From sequence record NZ_CP145108.1: a DNA stretch of 23,228 bases; one strand, 5' to 3'. The notes below the pieces were generated by a model that made no database searches, was not told the origin of the DNA, and was given only the letters and a program-made list of their open reading frames with translations. A program made the position numbers and the translations under genes. How positions within the stretch are numbered: the first letter of the stretch is position 1; the number at the start of each line of letters is the position of its first letter. This stretch comes from a plasmid. Shown one piece after another: positions 1 through 8,833 of the stretch.

Positions 1-86
1 GGGTATACCCTATTGGTCGTTTTTATTTCTGTGCTATACTAGGAATTACAAGTGTTCATTAGAACTGTCCAAAAGGAGAATCGGAA

Positions 87-671
87 ATGTCTAAAATCGG
101 TTATGCGCGTGTGAGTTCCAAGGAGCAACATTTAGATCGACAGTTAGCGGCTTTAAAAGACGTTGATAAATTATTTACGGATAAATTAAGTGGGGCTAAC
201 ACTAATCGGCCAGAACTGCAAAAAATGCTGGCCTATATTCGTGAGGGTGATATTGTAATGGTCACTGAATTAGATCGCTTAGGCAGAAACAACCATGATT
301 TGACTAAGATCATGAACTCCATTCAAAATAAGGGTGCCACCCTAGATGTGTTAAATTTGCCGTCCATGACAGGGATTGCTGATCCTAACTTGCGTCAACT
401 GATGACTAACCTTATCATTGAACTGTATAAGTATCAGGCCGAAAGTGAACGTAAGCGAATCATTGAGCGCCAGCAGCAAGGGATTTCCCTAGCCAAACAG
501 CAGGGCAAATATCATGGTCGCAAGCCTCAATACGCTGAAGATGATCCCCGCTTGCAACATGCTTTTAAGCTTTATCAGGCAGGCATGAGTGACATAGACG
601 TTGCCCGTAATACAGGAATTAAACGGACAACCTTTATAAGGTATCGAAAGAAATTTAATGTTAACAGCTGA
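87..671 (+). CDS. small serine recombinase / resolvase
   Basis: 194-aa ORF. N-terminal MSKIGYARVSSKEQHLDRQ catalytic-serine motif, C-terminal HTH-like tail. AAAGGAG RBS about 8 nt upstream. TGnTATACT-like -10 near 30-40. Confidence 0.9.
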   Translation: MSKIGYARVSSKEQHLDRQLAALKDVDKLFTDKLSGANTNRPELQKMLAYIREGDIVMVTELDRLGRNNHDLTKIMNSIQNKGATLDVLNLPSMTGIADPNLRQLMTNLIIELYKYQAESERKRIIERQQQGISLAKQQGKYHGRKPQYAEDDPRLQHAFKLYQAGMSDIDVARNTGIKRTTFIRYRKKFNVNS

Positions 672-799
672 AACTTGAAAGCTAATAATCACGCCAAAGG
701 CGTGTGGTTATTGGCTTTTTTAGCAAAAAAATAAACGCAAACTCTCCTGCGTTGTATACTTTAGTCGACCAAAGCCAAGATACAAAGGAGACTTACGTC

Positions 800-1516
800 A
801 TGAATATTATAAGACAAAAAAATACAGAAAACGAGCTTCACAATATTGTTCATCAATTTACTTCCCTCATTGGTCTATCTAAACTCACCAAATTGGTGAA
901 TTATCGCCGGCATTCAGAAATCAGCTTGATGAGGGTCATTGAATGGCTGCTCACGACAAAGTTCCTGGGACGCTCGCTTTATCGAGCCCATGAAACACCT
1001 AACTTTACCAGTCGCACCGTCAGAAATAATTTGAACGATGGACGGATCAATTGGCAACGCTTGGTTTGTCAAGTTGGGAGTCATTTAATCAAGCATTTAC
1101 GACCGTTTATTGACCGCCGGCGGCGGTTAGCATTGATCATTGACGATACACTCTTTTCCCGTGAGTACGCCACCCAAACCGAATTACTAGCGCGAGTCTT
1201 TGATCATGACAAACAATTATATATTAAGGGATACCGGGCTTTAACTTTGGGTTGGAGTGACGCCAATACATTCTTACCGATCAACTTTGCATTAATGTCT
1301 TCCAAGAAGCCACAAAACGTCCTTGGAAAATCAGCTAAAACAACCGATCAACGAACAATTGCTGGCCGGAGACGTCGCCAAGCACAGCAAAAAATGAACC
1401 TCGTTTCATTGCAACTTGTCAAGCAAGCCCTCGCAAATGGCGTTCTAGCTGACTATGTGTTATTTGATAGCTGGTATAGCTCACCAAAAATGTTCTATGA
1501 ATTAGGGTCCGTCTGA
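800..1516 (+). pseudogene. IS4-like DDE transposase, 3'-truncated by insertion of the adjacent IS
   Basis: ORF with AAGGAG RBS 8 nt before ATG at 800. DDE_Tnp_1-like motifs (LALIIDDTLFSR ... VLFDSWYS). Only about 239 aa with no C-terminal catalytic region. The reading frame ends inside the inverted repeat of the IS at 1507. Confidence 0.55.
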
Positions 1517-2395
1517 AAACTTTATTTCAGGTGAATCAGAATCGCCGTCAAGTAAACGCGTTCTAAATAAACGTGAGCTAACTTGTCATAGCGGGTCGCA
1601 ATTCGCCAGAAGTTCTTCAGTTGATTGAAGAAGTTTTCAATTAAGTGCCGTTCACGATACACGTAGTAGTCCACCGGCCATTTCTCTTTAGCGTTACTCT
1701 TGGGCGGAATGGTATAGGTGCCTTCCTCAGCTTCCAAGTATTGGCGAAAAGCCTCACTGCCATAGGCTTTGTCCGCAATCACATTGACGCCGGCAATTTT
1801 TAACTGACTGATTAAGGGTTGCGCAACTTGACTGTCGTGAACTTGACCACCCGTGAGGATCATTTTGAGCGGGTTCCCCAGGCCATCAACGACGACATGA
1901 ATTTTGGTCGTGAGGCCCCCGGCACTGCGGCCGATCGCTTGATTTTCTACTGTGCAGCGGGATTTTTTTGAGCCCCAGTGCCCTTTTGATGGACCCGAAT
2001 GGTCGTCGAGTCCAGGCTGACATTCTCCATGTCGGGATCGTCGTCCTCACAAATGATTTTGAAGATCTGTTCGAAGAGACCACTATCCGTCCACTTTCGG
2101 AACCGGCTATAAACGGTTTTCCAAGAACCAAACTCGGTAGGCAAGTCTCGCCAGGGTGAGCCGACCTTGAGTTGCCAGAGCACGGCATTTAAAGCCGCTC
2201 GATTACTTAACTTGGGTGGTCGATCAGTGGTATAGGCGGGAAAGAGCTGTTCAATTTGCTGCCACTTTTCATCAGAGATGGCGTGTCGATTAGTGGTTAA
2301 TGGAGGCTTAGTCATGCGGTGATTCCTCATTTCTTGTTTTTTAACCAGATTATACCGGAACTTTGGCTAAAAAGCTTGTTTTAAGACAGACCCTA
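1507..2395 (-). mobile_element. IS5-family insertion sequence, about 890 bp, with imperfect terminal inverted repeats
   Basis: Terminal IRs agggtccgtctgaaaac (1507-1523) and gttttaagacagaccct (2379-2395, reverse complement agggtctgtcttaaaac). Two consecutive transposase ORFs lie inside. Confidence 0.7.
1522..2330 (-). CDS. IS5-family transposase, orfA (1947-2330) plus orfB (1522-1863), presumably joined by a frameshift
   Basis: orfA carries an HTH and the conserved W..R/SPWRDLP motif. orfB carries the DDE C-terminal region (VIADKAYGS ... NFFNQLKNFWRIATRYDK). The gap between the ORFs is typical of split IS5/IS427-group transposases. Confidence 0.75.
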
Positions 2396-2454
2396 ATCAA
2401 CTGCGGCTTCTTTTAAATGATATTTTAAAGTATGAAACAAACCAACATACTAAG

Positions 2455-3045
2455 GTGCTAACAGTTGGTAACTGGGCAACTCCCAAGTCTAATTCAGCTA
2501 ATTTAATGCGCAGTTCAGATGTCATGCCTACGGCATTTGAACAATTTTATGATTTTTCACACAATCGTCAATGGTTAGTTATTAAAACTAAGATGCTTAA
2601 CCGACTGTTTCAATTAAGCAAACAGCACAAATCAGGCTTAGTTCCTGATTTTTCATGGGTAACTCAACATAATGCAAACTCTGTAAAGGGTGCACATATT
2701 ACCAATAAATACGCCAATGATTACTACTATAATGCCTGTAGAGTTCCTATGCTGTTAGCCCAAAGTCATGACCCATTAGCACAAAAAACATTGACTTCAA
2801 TGTTGCACTTTTTTGCCAAGCATTCTACTGTCACAGCAGGATATACTATGAGCGGCAAACCACTCAATGACTATCAGTCCGCAAGTTTTAGTGCGCCCTT
2901 GCTAATGGCGACCAGTTGGTATCTCAATCAAGGGTACGATTCATTATTTTTTCATCAACAGTGGATTTTTGCTAAAGCAATGACTAAACACGATTATTAT
3001 AATGCTACCTTGACCATGTATGCGCTTATGTTTTCGAGCATTTAA
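2455..3045 (+). pseudogene. glycoside hydrolase family 8-like gene, C-terminal portion only (5' end removed by the IS)
   Basis: 196-aa ORF starts 60 bp after the IS inverted repeat. Motif YYYNACRVPMLLAQ resembles the conserved Y.YDA.RV..W block of GH8 enzymes (BcsZ/chitosanase type). The length is far short of the roughly 350-400 aa of complete GH8 proteins. Confidence 0.4.
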
Positions 3046-3150
3046 TCCTTTTTATCTGACAATTATATAGTTGAGTTGTCTGTGTTCACATTACTATTGT
3101 CTTTTATGCGAATTCAAGTTGAATACTAGTTAATTATTATGAGAGCGTAA

Positions 3151-3498
3151 AATAAGGGTGCCACCCTAGATGTGTTAAATTTGCCGTCCATGACTGGAAT
3201 TACTGACCCTAATTTGCGTCAACTTATGACTAACCTCATCATTGAATTGTATAAGTATCAGGCCGAAAGTGAACGTAAGCGAATCATTGAGCGCCAGCAG
3301 CAAGGGATTGCCTTAGCTAAGCAGCAGGGTAAATATCATGGGCGCAAACCCCAATACACCCAAGACGATCCCCGCTTGCAACATGCTTTTAAGCTTTATC
3401 ATGCGGGCATGAGTGATGTAGATGTTGCCCGTAATACCGGCATTAAACGAACGACCTTTATCAGGTATCGAAAGAAATACAAGATTAAACGAAAATGA
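3151..3498 (+). pseudogene. resolvase gene fragment (C-terminal 115 codons), diverged duplicate of 321-671
   Basis: Nucleotide identity begins abruptly at 3151 (aataagggtgccaccctagatgtgttaaatttgccgtccatgac matches 321-364). The remainder is roughly 90% identical. There is no N-terminal catalytic domain. Confidence 0.8.
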
Positions 3499-3629
3499 CT
3501 AACAAAGCGGTACTTTTTGTAATGCAACTTAAGTTAGTTGCTTTTTTTGTGATTCTGTTTATTTACAAATAGCATGTAATGTGGTATTTTATATATACAC
3601 AATATAATGCAAATAAAGGAGAATGCTTT

Positions 3630-4679
3630 ATGGATATTTTTAGCTTAGATTTAGGAAACAAACAGACCAAATTAAAAAGTAGCAAAGCTGAATATGTACT
3701 GCCTTCAAGATATTTAAACCAAGCAGACATGCCGATGTCAGTTGGCAATTCTACAATGAATAATGACCTACACACTTATTCAGTCCCTTTTAGCGACGAT
3801 AAGTACGTATGGGGTCGAGATATTGACCGACTTCACCTTGACGAATATTTAGCGGATACAATCATGTATGGTGCTCGATACAATAGTGAAGCATTTAAAT
3901 TACTAGCCAATTTTGCGCTGGGATTACTAGCAAGTGATTTCAAAGCGGCTAAAGATCAAGTTTTAGAAGTAGTCGTCACTGCTGGGCTTCCAACTGGAGA
4001 TTATGCTGACCAAGGACAATTAAAAGCTTTATTAAAAGTCTTAGAGGGCCAACATCAAGTTACTATTGACGATAAAATTGTGACGGTAAGAGTTCGTAAA
4101 GTCTATATTTTGCCTCAACCAATCGGCACCTTATATAACGAATTACTAGACGATGAAGGCTTTATCCAGAACAAAGATCTATTAGACGAAAAAGTCGGCA
4201 TTGTTGACGTAGGTGGTGGAACAATACTGATTGATACGATTTTAAACTTTGAGCTAAGTGGCAAAAACCGCCATCAATTTAATACCGGCGTAAATGATCT
4301 ATATGAAGCCATTGCCAACGGGATTAATGGTGATACTAGCCTTTATCAATTAGAAAAAGATTTACGAAAGGGAAACCAGCAACATCATTGGAGCTACCGA
4401 TTTTCTAAAAATCGTCAAGATGATATTACTGATTTGGTTTGCAAGGAAATTGACCGGTTTACCCGGCGCTTAGTTGCTAATGTAACTTCAACGTTAAAGA
4501 ACCTTAATAGTATTGATACTTTGTTCTTTACCGGTGGTGGAGCCAATTTGCTTAACCAAAAAATCTTGAATACTACTTTCACTAACGCAGTTATTGTTAA
4601 AAATACAGAAGTTGCTAATGTTAACGGCTTTTATAAGTACGGATTAAGTCAACAAGCTCAAAACGAAGGGAGCAAGTAA
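3630..4679 (+). CDS. actin-like plasmid segregation ATPase (ParM/StbA/Alp family)
   Basis: AAGGAG RBS at 3616-3621, ATG at 3630 (MDIFSLDLGNKQTK is phosphate-1 like). DVGGGT phosphate-2 motif and FFTGGGANLL adenosine motif of the actin/Hsp70 fold. Confidence 0.8.
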   Translation: MDIFSLDLGNKQTKLKSSKAEYVLPSRYLNQADMPMSVGNSTMNNDLHTYSVPFSDDKYVWGRDIDRLHLDEYLADTIMYGARYNSEAFKLLANFALGLLASDFKAAKDQVLEVVVTAGLPTGDYADQGQLKALLKVLEGQHQVTIDDKIVTVRVRKVYILPQPIGTLYNELLDDEGFIQNKDLLDEKVGIVDVGGGTILIDTILNFELSGKNRHQFNTGVNDLYEAIANGINGDTSLYQLEKDLRKGNQQHHWSYRFSKNRQDDITDLVCKEIDRFTRRLVANVTSTLKNLNSIDTLFFTGGGANLLNQKILNTTFTNAVIVKNTEVANVNGFYKYGLSQQAQNEGSK

Positions 4680-4681
4680 TC

Positions 4682-4957
4682 ATGGTAAAAGTTAAAACCT
4701 TGAACGTCCGACTAAATCCCGAGAAAATTGTCGACAAAGAAATCCTTGATTACTTTGATAAATCATTAATTCCTAAAACCACACTTGTTAAAACCGCTTT
4801 AATTCACGAAATTGAACGGTTAAAGGCTCAAGGTGATCCTTATGTTAAAGATGAATTAAAAGCTCCAGAAGCACCTAAAAATAGCACAGAATCACCATCT
4901 GATTCCAAAGAACGCTTGCAAGGAGGATTTAATGCCTTTTCAGACAATGATATTTAG
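4682..4957 (+). CDS. ParR-like centromere-binding adaptor, putative ribbon-helix-helix type
   Basis: 91-aa ORF starting 2 nt after the ParM-like stop, implying translational coupling. N-terminal beta-strand-like KTLNVRLNPEK followed by helical segments. Position matches the adaptor gene of type II partition operons. Confidence 0.5.
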   Translation: MVKVKTLNVRLNPEKIVDKEILDYFDKSLIPKTTLVKTALIHEIERLKAQGDPYVKDELKAPEAPKNSTESPSDSKERLQGGFNAFSDNDI

Positions 4958-4972
4958 AAAGAGGGCCTTGTT

Positions 4973-5350
4973 ATGGGAATTCCAATAAGTGTTATATTTT
5001 TGTTTACCAGCCTTATTGTCTTTTGGATAATCCCAGCCATTGGAATTGCAAAAAATCACCTGGTAGATGACCGCTTTTTTATTCGACAGTGGTTATTTCC
5101 AATGCAGTATTGGTTACAGCTATTATTCGAAAGAATCAGCGGTAACCGTCGTATTGTCGTAAGAATTTTACAGATAATGTCTCTGTTTATCACGTATTTT
5201 TGCGGGTTACTTATGCTCCTCGTGTTTAGTGCTTTTGATATTAATACAGCCAAGCATTTTAGTGTTTTTATATTATTTGAATATTTACTGGTATCTTCTA
5301 TCGCCTACTGGTTTCAACCAAAAGCTGGTAAAATATACAAGACCAAATAA
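4973..5350 (+). CDS. hypothetical small membrane protein
   Basis: 125-aa ORF with three or four hydrophobic helices. GGAGG-like RBS (agagggcc) upstream. No recognisable family. Confidence 0.4.
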   Translation: MGIPISVIFLFTSLIVFWIIPAIGIAKNHLVDDRFFIRQWLFPMQYWLQLLFERISGNRRIVVRILQIMSLFITYFCGLLMLLVFSAFDINTAKHFSVFILFEYLLVSSIAYWFQPKAGKIYKTK

Positions 5351-5424
5351 AGTTGCCGCTAGGTAAGCGCTATGCTAGACTAAGATTAATTTAACAACCG
5401 AATAAAGAGATCAAGCTAAACAGA

Positions 5425-5463
5425 AAAATCCCCGATTCACGAGGAATCAGGGATTTTTGGTTT
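5425..5463 (+). terminator. rho-independent terminator after the partition/membrane-protein operon
   Basis: 14-bp stem aaaatccccgattc / gaatcagggatttt with one mismatch, loop acgag, followed by TTTTTGGTTT. Confidence 0.6.
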
Positions 5464-5614
5464 AGCAAGTAGCTACAGGACAGCTACTTAGATTCAGTCG
5501 ATTTAGACCTGCAAGTTAAAATCGACTGAACATTGTTCTTAATTTGTAGGTTAATTATACCGCAAACCAGTCCAAAAGGACAAGTTAAGGATAGTTAAAA
5601 AACAAATTAAATCC

Positions 5615-5662
5615 AATGGACTAAGTAGCTAACTGGAGCTATTTAGTCCATTTTTTGTTGTT
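5615..5662 (+). terminator. hairpin plus T-run, terminator-like, in the repA upstream region
   Basis: aatggactaagtagct / agctatttagtccatt 16-bp stem with one mismatch, 6-nt loop, then TTTTTTGTTGTT. Confidence 0.5.
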
Positions 5663-5854
5663 AGAAATTAAAAAAGTTGCCGAATGGGCAACCAAGAATA
5701 GACACATGCTGGTGAAACTACAAAGCCGATCACGACCAATGTTCGCTTTGTAATTCAGTTAGAGCATATCAGATTTGTATTTTAAAGCAAATCAAATGTT
5801 TTAGCAACTCTCTTTTGAGACAGCGTGTGTCAGTCAAGAAAGGGAGTTTTTATT

Positions 5855-6949
5855 ATGACACAATTTAATTTTATTCGATCACAAAATGCTTATGGAACTA
5901 AGTTTTTTCAACTACCACAGGTATTATTATATGGCGAAAAATATAAAGAACTAAGTGACAGTGCCAAATTAGGTTATGTAGTTTTGCGTGATCGTTTGGA
6001 ATACTCATTGCAAAATAATTGGATAGATGATGAAAATAGAGTGTACTTTATTTTTACCAATCATGAATTACAAAATTTATTTGGTTGGAGTGACCGAAAA
6101 ATATCAAAAGTAAAAAAGGAGTTGGAAGAAGCAGGACTGTTATTCCAAATTAATCAAGGATTTGATCCCAAGAAAAAGAAAAATTTACCCAATCGACTTT
6201 ACCTTGCTGATTTGGAAGTTACAGCAAAAGACGTGTATATTAAACAGGATTTTGCTAATAAAACGGCTGGAACCCTTGATAAAAGCGGACTAGCACAAAT
6301 GCAAGCTCGACAAGAAAAAATCAAAACGGCTGGAACCCTTGATAAAAGCGGACTAGCACAAATGCAAGCTCGACAAGAAACGGCTGGAACCCTTGATAAA
6401 AGCGGACTAGCACAAATGAGACACAATCTATACAATACTAATAACTTAGATACTAATAGATACAATATAGATACTCAAAAGTTGGACTTTTCCACAGTCA
6501 ATTTCTCACCAGCAGAACTAGAAAAGCAAAACCAGGATTTGGTGAACCATGCTAATGACTTCTTAACTGATGAAGACAGTGGCTTACCGGTTTTCTTAGA
6601 ACCAGAAGCTGTGCAACTACTTAGTTTTTGGTGCCGTACCCCACACCAAATGCGGCGCTTCATTGGCATTATCTTAAATGCTAAGTACCGAGTTGAGAAA
6701 GATCACAAAGATATTGGTGTCATAATCCCACTTGATGATGAAGAACTTAAACCGCTAATGACTAAAGCCTTGAGACGCTACTTTAACGTCCTAAGAAGTA
6801 ATGAGAAGCACATCAAGAACGTGGAAAATTACCTGTACGGCACCATGCAAAACCTATTTGGCGTTTGGTGGAATAAACAAGCGGCTAAAGAATATGCGGC
6901 CAAACACCCCGAAAAACAGAACACTGACAATGAGCCTTATTGGAATTAA
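5855..6949 (+). CDS. repA: RepA_N-family plasmid replication initiator
   Basis: AAAGGGAG RBS, ATG at 5855 (MTQFNF). N-terminal region SDSAKLGYVVLRDRLEYSLQNNWIDDENRVYF ... KVKKELEEAGLLFQ closely resembles the RepA_N domain of staphylococcal and lactobacillal theta plasmids, as recalled for pSK41 RepA. Confidence 0.9.
   Translation: MTQFNFIRSQNAYGTKFFQLPQVLLYGEKYKELSDSAKLGYVVLRDRLEYSLQNNWIDDENRVYFIFTNHELQNLFGWSDRKISKVKKELEEAGLLFQINQGFDPKKKKNLPNRLYLADLEVTAKDVYIKQDFANKTAGTLDKSGLAQMQARQEKIKTAGTLDKSGLAQMQARQETAGTLDKSGLAQMRHNLYNTNNLDTNRYNIDTQKLDFSTVNFSPAELEKQNQDLVNHANDFLTDEDSGLPVFLEPEAVQLLSFWCRTPHQMRRFIGIILNAKYRVEKDHKDIGVIIPLDDEELKPLMTKALRRYFNVLRSNEKHIKNVENYLYGTMQNLFGVWWNKQAAKEYAAKHPEKQNTDNEPYWN
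6260..6416 (+). repeat. tandem direct repeats (63, 63, 54 bp) inside repA; candidate origin iterons
   Basis: Unit aaaacggctggaacccttgataaaagcggactagcacaaatgcaagctcgacaagaa starts at 6260, 6323 and 6378. It encodes (K)TAGTLDKSGLAQMQARQE(KIK) x3. RepA_N plasmids carry their origin inside the rep coding sequence. Confidence 0.7.
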
Positions 6950-7255
6950 ACGCCGTATAAGCTTATTTAAGCCGTTTTAAGTGTTACATGCATAATTTAT
7001 TAAAATCGCTTTAAAATCGCTTAGAAGCAAAAATAGACACCTTGAGTGGCTGAATTGGCGCTTGGTGGAATAAACAAGCGGCTAGAGAATACGCGGCCAA
7101 ACACCCTAACGATGAGCGTGCTTAAAACTAAAAAGCTATATAAGGCCATTTAAGATGTTTTAAACAGATAGAGCATAATTATATTAAACGAGTTTTAAAA
7201 TGCGCTTACGGGCACTTTAGGAACGTTGTATAAGTGCCATTGCGGAAAGGACAGC
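6858..7255 (+). repeat. diverged tandem duplication, about 199-bp period, of the repA 3' end plus downstream sequence
   Basis: ggcgtttggtggaataaacaagcggctaaagaatatgcggccaaacacc at 6858 recurs as ggcgcttggtggaataaacaagcggctagagaatacgcggccaaacacc at 7057. The downstream AT-rich gttttaa-containing segments are also parallel. Confidence 0.55.
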
Positions 7256-7291
7256 AAACTTAAATTCACAACTTTTAAAGAAGCAGGCTAA

Positions 7292-7320
7292 TTGAGATGG
7301 TACTCAAAGATTAGTATAAT
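7292..7320 (+). promoter_or_regulatory. sigma-70-type promoter for the RHH/antitoxin/zeta-like operon
   Basis: TTGAGA (7292-7297), 17-bp spacer, TATAAT (7315-7320). G-rich RBS aaaggggggg before ATG 7353. Confidence 0.5.
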
Positions 7321-7352
7321 GTGAGTAGTAATAAAGGGGGGGCGAGAAAATC

Positions 7353-7634
7353 ATGGCAGTTAAGGAAAAGAAACGCGTACAAGTCCAGATTGACAAAGAA
7401 TTGGCAGATAATACCGAAGCCGTTTTAAGCCAGTTAGGTCTAAACCCAACTACCGCGATCAATATGTTTTATAAGCGGATCGTAGCTGACGCAGCATTAC
7501 CGTTTAAACCAGCCCTGAGCGAAGCCGAAAGAGCTAATTTAAGCCTTTTAAAGGCTACCAAAGAGACACCAGTAACAGAGTTCAAAGACGCTAAAGAAGT
7601 CGCTGATTGGCTCAATGATCCAGATGAGGACTAA
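7353..7634 (+). CDS. RelB/DinJ-like ribbon-helix-helix protein; antitoxin or omega-like regulator
   Basis: 93 aa. VQVQIDKELADNTEAVLSQLGLNPTTAINMFYKRIVADAALPF matches the DinJ/RelB antitoxin RHH pattern. Confidence 0.75.
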   Translation: MAVKEKKRVQVQIDKELADNTEAVLSQLGLNPTTAINMFYKRIVADAALPFKPALSEAERANLSLLKATKETPVTEFKDAKEVADWLNDPDED

Positions 7635-7671
7635 TGGCTTATCAGATTAAATAAATTAATAACTTGGAAGT

Positions 7672-7866
7672 GTGATGAACATGAAAGATACAATCACAAT
7701 TAATGACTTTTTTGAAATTGCCAAAGAAACTGATTTAAAAGATTTACTTGATAAGTCATTACATGAGCCAGATCCAGAAAAGCGCAAAGTATATGACGCT
7801 TTATATACCTACTTTTTAGATAAAAGGCAAGATGAGGTTATTAAGCGAAAGGACTTTGTCCGTTGA
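7672..7866 (+). CDS. small acidic helical protein, candidate epsilon-like antitoxin
   Basis: 64-aa acidic ORF. Its TGA stop (7864-7866) overlaps the TTG start (7863) of the downstream kinase-like gene (TTGA overlap), implying translational coupling. No RelE/YafQ-like features. Confidence 0.45.
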   Translation: MMNMKDTITINDFFEIAKETDLKDLLDKSLHEPDPEKRKVYDALYTYFLDKRQDEVIKRKDFVR

Positions 7867-8543
7867 TAGATAAACCTCAATATATAATTGTTGCTGGTAT
7901 TAACGGAGCAGGAAAAAGTACGCTATACGATACATTTCCCATCTTGTTTGACAAAACAAAACGGATTAACGCTGATGAACTTTTAAGACAAATGGGTGGC
8001 GATTGGCATAAAGATAGTGACAACTTAAAAGCCATGAAAGAAGAAATCAAACAACTACACTATGCTTTAGATCACCAGCAAAGTATTCACGTAGAAACAA
8101 CACTGGCAGGTAGAGGCAAAGCTCAACTCAATTTGATTGACAAAGCTCACAAAAATGGCTTTGAAGTGACTTTATTATATGTTGCTTTGCGAGATGAAAA
8201 TTTAGCTATCCAAAGGGTCAACGAACGGGTACAAAAAGGTGGCCACGGTGTTCCAGTAGCAACGATCAAGAAACGTTATCAGCAATCCAAACATAATTTG
8301 CCATTAGTGGCCTTTAAATCTGATAAGGTCATGATCTATGATAATAGCGAAAAGTTTACCTCTGTTTATGCAAGAGAGAAGGGACAAGTTTTTAAGAACG
8401 ATTTGAGGCATTTTCCTTGGATAAACCAAAATATTACTTATCCAGAAAATGTGCAAAAGCAGTTACAAAATTTTGCAGATCAAAACCCAGAAGTAAAGCC
8501 TAAAAATGATCCAGAAAATAAAAACGATCGGCCTAGTTATTAG
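7863..8543 (+). CDS. zeta-toxin / AAA_33-family P-loop kinase-like protein
   Basis: 226 aa. Walker A IIVAGINGAGKSTL at the N-terminus. Overall layout resembles zeta toxins (UNAG kinases) and related plasmid ATPases. Shorter than canonical zeta (about 287 aa). Confidence 0.65.
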   Translation: MIDKPQYIIVAGINGAGKSTLYDTFPILFDKTKRINADELLRQMGGDWHKDSDNLKAMKEEIKQLHYALDHQQSIHVETTLAGRGKAQLNLIDKAHKNGFEVTLLYVALRDENLAIQRVNERVQKGGHGVPVATIKKRYQQSKHNLPLVAFKSDKVMIYDNSEKFTSVYAREKGQVFKNDLRHFPWINQNITYPENVQKQLQNFADQNPEVKPKNDPENKNDRPSY

Positions 8544-8557
8544 GTTGATCGTTTTTT
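8521..8557. terminator. candidate bidirectional terminator between convergent genes
   Basis: aaaaacgatc ... gatcgttttt inverted repeat with A-run and T-run flanks. The loop is long (17 nt), so this is weak. Confidence 0.3.
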
Positions 8558-8811
8558 AATTTATCCGGTTTATGGGCGTTAACATAATCAGCAAATGTTT
8601 TTAAAAGTTCTTCGGCTTCTTCGACCGATAGGTTATCAGCTTGAAAGTATTTTTCGAGCAAAGCCCCTTTTTGAATTAATCGGCGAGAACGGGCTTTGCG
8701 GGCTTGCCGATTTTCGTAGTATTTAGATTGCCGTAATTTAAAATCTTTTCGCTCAATTTTTTGTTTTAAACGCGCTTGCTGCTCGACTAGTTTTTCATAT
8801 TGATTAGACAT
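8533..8811 (-). CDS. small coiled-coil protein, DUF3847-like (plasmid transfer-region associated)
   Basis: 92 aa. KLKQKIERKDF ... RKARSRRLIQKGALLEKYF resembles the R..ERKARTHRLIERGA core recalled for DUF3847 proteins of Firmicutes mobilizable elements. Confidence 0.4.
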   Translation of the reverse strand: MSNQYEKLVEQQARLKQKIERKDFKLRQSKYYENRQARKARSRRLIQKGALLEKYFQADNLSVEEAEELLKTFADYVNAHKPDKLKNDQPNN

Positions 8812-8833
8812 GGAATTTCCCCATCTCGTATGG

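Noticed and set aside
489-692. 67-aa antisense ORF within the resolvase gene
   Set aside because: No RBS, and it lies wholly inside a well-supported gene on the other strand.
1886-2188. 100-aa ORF (-) and 63-aa ORF (+, 1968-2159) inside the IS5-family element
   Set aside because: They overlap the transposase orfA/orfB junction in other frames. The true gene product is the frameshift-joined transposase.
3500-3629. Possible parC centromere repeats upstream of the ParM-like gene (taatgcaa x2, gtaatg x2)
   Set aside because: The repeats are too short and irregular to call. The region may still be the centromere, but the sequence alone does not show it.
6199-6465. 88-aa minus-strand ORF inside repA
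   Set aside because: It lies entirely within the tandem repeat region, so it is an antisense artefact of repeated sequence.
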